From the IMG/VR virus record IMGVR_UViG_3300017598_000085: 5,467 nt of DNA; one strand, written 5' to 3'. Both the position numbers and the translations under genes were made by a program. The notes under the pieces were generated by a model. That model was given only the letters and a program-made list of their open reading frames with translations. It had not been told where the DNA came from and did not search any database. Shown here piece by piece: positions 1 through 5,346 of this stretch. How positions within the stretch are numbered: the first letter of the stretch is position 1; each line of letters starts with the position of its first letter. This stretch comes from a virus.

Positions 1-121
1 AGTTCGTATCTAACGCGCCAAGGCTTGTTCAGGTAGGGAGCAAAAGAAGGTAACAAAGGCAGGTGTAATACAACAACACAAAACTCAACATTCTGATGAT
101 TACGGGGGAGATAAATAGAGA
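1..121. repeat. Left copy of an exact 121-nt terminal direct repeat. This is assembly redundancy from a circular genome of 5,346 nt, not a biological repeat.
   Basis: I compared bases 1-121 with 5347-5467 base by base and found them identical. The repeat cuts through ORF 96..338 and through a hairpin in the noncoding region, as expected for an arbitrary linearisation point. Confidence 0.95.
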
Positions 122-338
122 GTTAAGGAATAAAGGGCAGCATAGGTGGGAAAAGCTAGAAGCAGAAGCACCTTACCACATAAAACAAGACACATGTAGA
201 CATTGTGAAATACGACGGAGAAGGTGGTACAATGAAAAGTTAAAATGGACAGAGACGGAATACGTCAACACAACAACGGGAGAAATACACAAAACAATAA
301 AATGCAAGACAAAACAAATAACAATATGGAAACAATAG
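96..338 (+). CDS. Hypothetical small protein (80 aa), charged, with a CxxC pair plus one later Cys
   Basis: ORF with ATG at 96 and TAG at 336-338. It is the first ORF after the long noncoding region. The translation is not low-complexity (WEKLEAEAPYHIKQDTCRHCEIRRRRWYNEKLKW...). It overlaps the next plausible start (326) by 13 nt, the same compact style as the other gene junctions. I recognise no family. Confidence 0.4.
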   Translation: MITGEINRELRNKGQHRWEKLEAEAPYHIKQDTCRHCEIRRRRWYNEKLKWTETEYVNTTTGEIHKTIKCKTKQITIWKQ

Positions 339-556
339 CAGAAAAAAAAGAACAACTAATAGAAAGAACGGATATAAAGGATACACCGTTTATAATAATA
401 ACAACAAGAGGTAAAAGCTTCGGAACAATGGGAAGCTACCGAATAACCGAAGAATACGACACAAAAAAAGAGGTATCACAAGAATTAAAAAAAATCACAT
501 GGAATAGAATAGTGCAAGTGATGGAAATACTTACAGAATTAAACAAAGCAAGATGA
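326..556 (+). CDS. Hypothetical small protein (76 aa from ATG 326; alternative starts at 302 or 245)
   Basis: The frame is open over 245..556. The part from Met-326 (METIAEKKEQLIERTDIKDTPFIIITTRGKSFGTMGSYRITEEY...) looks like a real mixed alpha/beta protein. The 245-325 extension is N/Q/K low-complexity and overlaps ORF 96..338. The TGA stop (554-556) overlaps the VP1 ATG (553-555) as ATGA, which suggests translational coupling. Confidence 0.55.
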   Translation: METIAEKKEQLIERTDIKDTPFIIITTRGKSFGTMGSYRITEEYDTKKEVSQELKKITWNRIVQVMEILTELNKAR

Positions 557-2553
557 AAACAACAATAGGAGGAGACCGCCTAGGAAGCGGCAACAAACAG
601 GAAATAAGTAAAAAGAACTTCGAAAGGTCAACCCACGACCTAAGTTCTAAATGGCGAAGCTCAATGGCAGCGGGAACACTAGTACCATTCATGAACTTGG
701 TCGCTCTACCAGGAGATAGTTTCGAAATAGACCTATCAGCGGAGGTAGTAACACTACCAACGATTGGACCACTATTCGGAAGCTACAAAATCCAACTAGA
801 CGTATTCGAAGTACCTTACAGATTATACAACGCAGGACTACAAATGAATAGACTGGGCGTAGGAAACGATATGGCAACGGCATTCTTGCCAACACTAAAC
901 GTATATGCACAAAATCACGCAGAACAAACACTAACAAACGCAGACAACGAACAAATAAACGCATCCTGCATATATAAATACCTAGGAATTAGCGGAATTG
1001 GAAGCCTAGAAAATGAAACGGAAAATCCTTGTATACGAAATTTCAATGCAATACCATATTTAGGTTATTGGGAAATATTCAAACAATACTACTCAAACAA
1101 ACAAGAGACAAACGCATATGTAGTACACACGGCAGCCCAAAGTGAAATAAAACTAGCCTCAGCAAAAGTGTTAACGAGCAATGTAGAGGACGGTGATATG
1201 CTAACGGCAGGAGGACAAGGGGTACAAATACTCAATCCAGGTTTCACAACATCTGTACGTTTCGCAATAGATGGAACAACAACGTTCGTACCCGACCCTA
1301 ACTACATAACAGTAGAATACAACGGAGAGACAGTAGTACTGAGTGAACTATTCACCAGTGTAGTTTGGATTGACAACATTCAAACATTAGTAGGAAATGG
1401 ATTTCTAGGTACAATAGGACTACCGAGTACATTAGCATACTTATCAACAACCCTACCCGTAAATTACGGGGGATCGAGTGAGATTAAACTAAAATCCTTC
1501 AGACTAAGCAACATCGACAAAATGAGGGAGAAAATATTACAACACCCATTCGATTCGGGAGCGTTCAATATCTCTAACCAATTCCAACCATATACACTAC
1601 CACACGTAACAAATGGACAAGGAGCAAATACAACCAGGTCATGCCAATATACACAAGAAGGTCTAGCAGTAAAAACGTATCAAAGTGACCTATTCAATAA
1701 TTGGATTGATACAGAATGGATAGACGGAACGAATGGAGTAAACGCAGTAACGGCAATTAGTACAACGGGGGATTCATTCACACTAGACACACTTAACCTA
1801 GCTAGTAAAGTGTACAATATGCTCAACAGAATAGCAGTAAGCGGAGGTACATATGACGATTGGCTAGACGCAGTATACGCACACGACAGAAGCAAACAAA
1901 AAAGTTCACCGGTATATCACGGAAGCCTAATAAAAGAGCTACAATTCGAAGAGGTAATCAGCCAAGCGGAAACGCAAGACGGGTTAAATACAAACCCACT
2001 AGGAACACTAGCAGGACGAGGAAGGCTAAACTCAAAAAATAAAGGGGGATATGTGAAAATAAGTGTAGACGAACCTTCTCAAATCATGGGAATAATTTCA
2101 ATAACACCGAAAATCTCATATTCACAAGGAAACGATTGGAGCGTAAACCTAAAGACGTTCGATGACTTACACAAACCACACCTAGATGCGATAGGGTTCC
2201 AAGACCTAATCACAGAGCAAATGTCACACACAGATACGACATTTAGCGCAGATGGTGAGCATGAATTTAGAAGCGCAGGAAAGACACCTGCATGGATAAA
2301 CTACATGACAGACGTAGATAAAGTATACGGAAACTTCGCAGAAGCAAATAAAGAGGGGTATATGGTGTTAAATAGAAGCTATGACATAGCGGAAAATGGA
2401 AGAATTGAAGACCTAACAACGTACATAGACCCTGCAAAATTCAATAACATCTTCGCACAAACAGACCTCAGTGCACAAAACTTCTGGGTTCACATCGGGA
2501 AGAAAATAACGGCAAGAAGAAAAATGAGTGCTAAAGTAATTCCAAACCTATAA
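553..2553 (+). CDS. VP1: Major capsid protein VP1 (Microviridae F-protein family)
   Basis: A 666-codon ORF ending in TAA. The N-terminus (FERSTHDLSSKWRSSMAAGTLVPF..LPGDSFEID...FEVPYRLYN) and C-terminus (NFWVHIGKKITARRKMSAKVIPNL) match the conserved ends of Microviridae capsid proteins as I remember them. The large size fits the Alpavirinae-type capsid rather than the shorter gokushovirus VP1. Confidence 0.95.
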   Translation: MKTTIGGDRLGSGNKQEISKKNFERSTHDLSSKWRSSMAAGTLVPFMNLVALPGDSFEIDLSAEVVTLPTIGPLFGSYKIQLDVFEVPYRLYNAGLQMNRLGVGNDMATAFLPTLNVYAQNHAEQTLTNADNEQINASCIYKYLGISGIGSLENETENPCIRNFNAIPYLGYWEIFKQYYSNKQETNAYVVHTAAQSEIKLASAKVLTSNVEDGDMLTAGGQGVQILNPGFTTSVRFAIDGTTTFVPDPNYITVEYNGETVVLSELFTSVVWIDNIQTLVGNGFLGTIGLPSTLAYLSTTLPVNYGGSSEIKLKSFRLSNIDKMREKILQHPFDSGAFNISNQFQPYTLPHVTNGQGANTTRSCQYTQEGLAVKTYQSDLFNNWIDTEWIDGTNGVNAVTAISTTGDSFTLDTLNLASKVYNMLNRIAVSGGTYDDWLDAVYAHDRSKQKSSPVYHGSLIKELQFEEVISQAETQDGLNTNPLGTLAGRGRLNSKNKGGYVKISVDEPSQIMGIISITPKISYSQGNDWSVNLKTFDDLHKPHLDAIGFQDLITEQMSHTDTTFSADGEHEFRSAGKTPAWINYMTDVDKVYGNFAEANKEGYMVLNRSYDIAENGRIEDLTTYIDPAKFNNIFAQTDLSAQNFWVHIGKKITARRKMSAKVIPNL

Positions 2554-2557
2554 AACA

Positions 2558-2890
2558 ATGTACAGATACAAACAAAGACGAAAATCGTCACTAAACGTAG
2601 AACGAGAACTAATAAGCGGAGAATCCATAGAAACAAAAGTTGAAAGGATAACAACTCAGAAAGAGCCAATTAAAGATGGAGCACCCGAAATATACACACC
2701 CAGGAATGAGGGAGTAAACGCAGCCTATGACATCCGAACCGATAGGTTTGAGATAGCAGCAGATGCAATGGACAAAGTGCACAAATCTAAACTAGCAAAA
2801 AGAGACGCAAAAGCGACTCCCGTAGTAAAAATGGAAAACAACAAAGAAGAAAAATCGTCAAAAGACGAGCCATTACGAGGAACAGAATAA
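2558..2890 (+). CDS. Small hydrophilic protein (110 aa) between VP1 and VP2; possible internal scaffolding (VP3-like) protein
   Basis: ATG lies 4 nt after the VP1 stop, and the ORF ends in TAA. The segment GESIETKVERITTQKEPIKDGAPEIYTPRNEGVNAAYDIRTDRFEIAADAMD resembles a motif (..PIxDGAPxIYTxRxxGVxPxYxIRTDRxExA..) that I recall from small microvirus proteins. The functional assignment is an inference from position and size only. Confidence 0.7.
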   Translation: MYRYKQRRKSSLNVERELISGESIETKVERITTQKEPIKDGAPEIYTPRNEGVNAAYDIRTDRFEIAADAMDKVHKSKLAKRDAKATPVVKMENNKEEKSSKDEPLRGTE

Positions 2891-2895
2891 AGGAA

Positions 2896-2914
2896 AGGGG
2901 GCTAACAACCCCCT
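2896..2914 (+). other. GC-rich stem-loop immediately after the 110-aa ORF (AGGGGG-CTAACAA-CCCCCT)
   Basis: A 6-bp perfect stem (2896-2901 with 2909-2914) with a 7-nt loop, starting 6 nt after the TAA at 2888-2890. No T/U tract follows (AAACTTTAG), so it is not a canonical intrinsic terminator. It could be a weak terminator, an RNA stability element or an ssDNA signal. Confidence 0.5.
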
Positions 2915-2988
2915 AAACTTTAGACTAAGTAGTACGCACGTAATCAATATATAACAAGAGAATAAAGCTTTTAAGAAAAGCACGAAAA

Positions 2989-4005
2989 ATGGGAAAAACT
3001 AACAGCGGCATGGGAATGCTATCGGCAGCCAGTAATATAGGCGGGCAAATAATGGACGGAATAAACCGAAGAGGACAAGAGAGAAGAAACTTCAGATACC
3101 AAAGGAGACTGATGGGACACCAACAAGAGAACCAAATGGCACTAAATCAACAAGGACATGACTTGTCATACGAAATGTGGAAGAAAACAAACTACCCCGC
3201 ACAAGTAGAAATGATGAAAGAAGCAGGACTAAACCAGGGGTTAATGTATGGAAGCGGCGGCGGAGCAGGAGGAACAACGCAAAGCGGAAGCGGCGGAGGA
3301 GCAGGAGGCGGAAATATGGGGATGTCACCTGCAGGAGGTAGCAAAGGAATAAACATGCTCGAACAAAGCCAAATAGCACTGAACGCATCACAAGCGGATA
3401 AGAATAAGGCAGAAGCAGAAGCTACAAGAGGTTATAGAGCAGACGAAGCGACATCAAACATAAACCTAAAAGAAGCGAATACACAATGGCAAAAAATACA
3501 AAACGACATAGCAAGCGGAACACAACAAGACCAAATGGATGCCATAATATCAGCGGCAACAATTGGAAAAAACGAAGCCCTAAAAAGCGAAGGAACATAC
3601 CAAGAAGAAATAAACATGGTGTTTAAAGAATCAATGGGATTAACGATAGGCAATATCTTAAACCAAGCAAAAGTCGAAAACGTCAAACAAGCCACAGACA
3701 AAATGATAAACGACATGGAACTAGCATGGCAAAAATTAAACATGGACTGGGTAATAGACACAGAAAAAATAAGACAAGGAGACGAAAAAATAAGACAAGG
3801 GGACGAACAAATAGCACAGAAAGACGTTCAAATACTGGTAGACAAATTCAAAGCGGAATTTATAGCAAACCACCCGAGTCTAAGCCAAAGCGTAGGAAAA
3901 ATAGCCGCAGATTTCAAATACGGAATAAATGCAATAGTCAAACAACTAACAGGACAAGATGGCAACAAATACGGAAGAAGAATATCCACAAAAACGGAAT
4001 TCTAA
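2989..4005 (+). CDS. VP2: Minor capsid / DNA pilot protein VP2 (H-like)
   Basis: A 338-codon ORF ending in TAA. The N-terminal block (..YEMWKKTNYPAQVEMMKEAGLNQGLMYGSGGGAGG..) shows the (M/L)K.AGLN..L..G plus Gly-rich pattern typical of microvirus VP2/H proteins. The C-terminal half is Q/E/K/A-rich and looks helical or coiled-coil. The position between capsid and rep also fits. Confidence 0.85.
   Translation: MGKTNSGMGMLSAASNIGGQIMDGINRRGQERRNFRYQRRLMGHQQENQMALNQQGHDLSYEMWKKTNYPAQVEMMKEAGLNQGLMYGSGGGAGGTTQSGSGGGAGGGNMGMSPAGGSKGINMLEQSQIALNASQADKNKAEAEATRGYRADEATSNINLKEANTQWQKIQNDIASGTQQDQMDAIISAATIGKNEALKSEGTYQEEINMVFKESMGLTIGNILNQAKVENVKQATDKMINDMELAWQKLNMDWVIDTEKIRQGDEKIRQGDEQIAQKDVQILVDKFKAEFIANHPSLSQSVGKIAADFKYGINAIVKQLTGQDGNKYGRRISTKTEF
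3763..3804 (+). repeat. Tandem 21-nt duplication inside VP2, encoding EKIRQGD twice
   Basis: 3763-3783 is GAAAAAATAAGACAAGGAGAC and 3784-3804 is GAAAAAATAAGACAAGGGGAC, with one mismatch (3780 A versus 3801 G). A partial third unit (GAACAAATA) follows. Confidence 0.95.
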
Positions 4006-4992
4006 ATGTGCCTATATCCAAGAATAGTCAAAAATCCAAAATACAGAGCAAACAAAAAAAACGGGGGGAACATTCCCCCCGTAACAGATGACAGAAAACT
4101 ATATGTGCCAATAGGATGTCAACAATGCTTTGAATGTAAAAAACAAAAAGCAACGGCATGGAGGGTAAGAATAAACGAAGAAATAAAAGAGAACAAAAAC
4201 GGCAAATTCGTAACACTAACGCTCAGCGATAATTCAATAAAAGAACTACATAAAGCGATAAAAGACAACGAAAAAAGATTCGAAAGAATAATAGACGAAA
4301 ACGGAATAAACGGATATAACCTGGACAATGAAATAGCATCAATAGCAATAAGACGATTCCTAGAAAGATGGTGAAAGAAACATGGAAAAAGTGTAAGACA
4401 TTGGCTAATTACAGAAATAGGAGGAAACAGAACAGAAAGAATACATATCCATGGGATAATATGGACAGATGAAAACGAAAAGGAAATAATAGACAGATGG
4501 AAGTATGGAAGAATACATATAGGAGAATATGTAAACGAAGAGACATCGGGTTATATAGTAAAATACTTACATAAGCAAGACGAAAAACATAAAATATACG
4601 AAAGTAAAATATTCACTAGCGCAGGAATAGGGAAAAACTACATAAACAAACAAACAGAGCAACGACATGAATACAAAAAAGGACAAACAATCGAGTATTA
4701 CAGAGACAAATACGGAGTAAAATACGGACTGCCGATATACTATAAAAACAAGCTATTCACAGACCAGGAGAGAGAAGAACTATGGACAGAGAAGCTAGAT
4801 AATAAAAAAAGGTATATATTCGGCAAAGAGATAGACATAAGCAACGGAGAAGAAACATATAATAGCAGCTTAAAAGAAGCACAAGCAAAGAATAAAAGAA
4901 TGGGATATGGAGACGGGGCAATAAATTGGACAAAGAGAAACTACGAAAACCAAAAACGACTACTTAAATACAAAAAAAGATGGAAAGCGTAG
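4006..4992 (+). CDS. VP4: Rolling-circle replication initiator VP4 (A-like HUH endonuclease), interrupted by an in-frame TGA at 4372-4374
   Basis: The ATG directly abuts the VP2 stop (TAAATG). Upstream of the TGA are the N-terminal Cys cluster (C2, C38, C41, C44) and motif I FVTLTLSD (4207-4230). Downstream, in the same frame, are motif II RIHIHGIIW (HIH at 4444-4452), motif III GYIVKYLHK (4549-4575), then SAGIGKNY and GLPIYYKNK. The frame stays open from 4375 to the TAG at 4990-4992 (205 codons). The first in-frame ATG in that stretch is only about 30 codons from the end, which is why the ORF track missed it. The total is 328 codons including the TGA position. Confidence 0.9.
4061..4082 (+). 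other. Perfect 8-bp GC-rich stem-loop inside the 5' end of rep (ACGGGGGG-AACATT-CCCCCCGT)
   Basis: 4061-4068 pairs perfectly with 4075-4082, leaving a 6-nt loop. It is built from the codons GGG GGG AAC ATT CCC CCC, whereas Gly is mostly GGA and Pro mostly CCA elsewhere in this genome. Confidence 0.6.
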
Positions 4993-5099
4993 AGAGACTA
5001 GCAGACTGGTTCTACTATACGGGGGTAATGTCATCAACAATAGTAGTAGTGATTATAGTAATAGCGACAATATCAACAATACTAGACATACTAGAATAA
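4980..5099 (+). CDS. Small single-pass membrane protein (39 aa); lysis-protein candidate
   Basis: The ORF runs from ATG 4980 to the TAA at 5097-5099 and was hand-translated as MESVERLADWFYYTGVMSSTIVVVIIVIATISTILDILE. It has a hydrophobic stretch of about 20 residues. The start overlaps the rep 3' end by 13 nt. It fell below the ORF-track length cutoff. Confidence 0.45.
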   Translation: MESVERLADWFYYTGVMSSTIVVVIIVIATISTILDILE

Positions 5100-5120
5100 A
5101 CAAACAAATAAACAAACAAA
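5097..5120 (+). repeat. Perfect tandem 12-nt repeat (TAAACAAACAAA x2) directly upstream of ATG 5122
   Basis: 5097-5108 and 5109-5120 are identical. The sequence is a run of (C/T)AAA tetranucleotides. Confidence 0.9.
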
Positions 5121-5121
5121 C

Positions 5122-5226
5122 ATGATAGATATAATACTAGACAACGCAAACGAGATACTGCAATGGATATTGGCAGGAATAGTAATATTCAAAGGGATAT
5201 TTCATACACCGAAACGAAGAAAATGA
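5122..5226 (+). CDS. Small hydrophobic protein with a basic tail (34 aa); second membrane/lysis candidate
   Basis: The ORF runs from ATG 5122 to the TGA at 5224-5226 and was hand-translated as MIDIILDNANEILQWILAGIVIFKGIFHTPKRRK. It has a hydrophobic core of about 16 residues followed by KRRK. If TGA were read as sense, it would gain only 6 more codons before the TAA at 5245-5247. Confidence 0.35.
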   Translation: MIDIILDNANEILQWILAGIVIFKGIFHTPKRRK

Positions 5227-5346
5227 AAACGACATCAAAACAATAATTCAAATAGTAATGAGAATCATTATGATAATTAAAGAGTGGAAAGACTACCAAA
5301 AGAAAAAAGACCAATGAGCCAAAAGGCTCTGAGACGTACACGAACA
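5227..5346 (+). promoter_or_regulatory. Main noncoding region of the circular genome (continues into 1-95; about 215 nt in total) with nested inverted repeats; candidate promoter/origin region
   Basis: There is no convincing ORF here. Hairpin GAGCC-AAAA-GGCTC lies at 5316-5329. Inverted repeat ACGAAC-AA-GTTCGT lies at 5340-5353. GAACAAG (5342-5348) is complementary to CTTGTTC (5370-5376, equal to 24-30). AGGT(A/G) recurs at 31, 48 and 61. I could identify no recognisable promoter consensus. Confidence 0.4.

Noticed and set aside
245-325. N-terminal extension of ORF 245..556 (MDRDGIRQHNNGRNTQNNKMQDKTNNN)
   Set aside because: It is low-complexity and N/Q/K-rich, and it overlaps the more protein-like C-terminus of ORF 96..338 in another frame. 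Starting at ATG 326 (or 302) gives the compact 13-nt-overlap junction style seen elsewhere. It is kept only as an alternative start.
567-572. AGGAGG Shine-Dalgarno-like hexamers at 567-572 (just inside VP1) and 4419-4424 (inside rep)
   Set aside because: No ATG, GTG or TTG lies 5-12 nt downstream in any frame that opens a meaningful ORF. They simply encode Gly-Gly (GGA GGA) in frame.
1860-2042. 60-aa highly basic + strand ORF embedded in VP1 (MARRSIRTRQKQTKK...)
   Set aside because: The same compositional artefact as the 3726..4091 ORF: an out-of-frame reading of A-rich codons with very few T-ending codons yields K/R/T/N strings and few stops. It is short, has no distinctive start context, and sits inside the conserved capsid core.
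2743-2750. TAGGTTTG, which matches the Bacteroides -7 promoter consensus TAnnTTTG, about 240 nt upstream of VP2
   Set aside because: It lies inside the conserved IRTDRFE-coding segment of the 110-aa ORF. No TTTG -33 element sits at the right spacing. A single 6-of-8-defined match is expected by chance.
173-4328. Seven minus-strand ORFs from the track (173..355, 689..964, 1680..1895, 3092..3391, 3432..3761, 4028..4216, 4119..4328)
   Set aside because: All lie antisense to well-supported + strand genes. Their translations are F/L/C/S/V-rich low-complexity strings, as expected from the T-rich complement of an A-rich coding strand. Microviridae transcribe one strand only.
5258-5317. 19-codon ORF (MRIIMIIKEWKDYQKKKDQ, TGA stop) in the noncoding region, and a 7-codon ORF at 5223
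   Set aside because: They are too short, with no supporting signal. Even if TGA is read through, further stops follow within a few codons. They are treated as part of the noncoding region.
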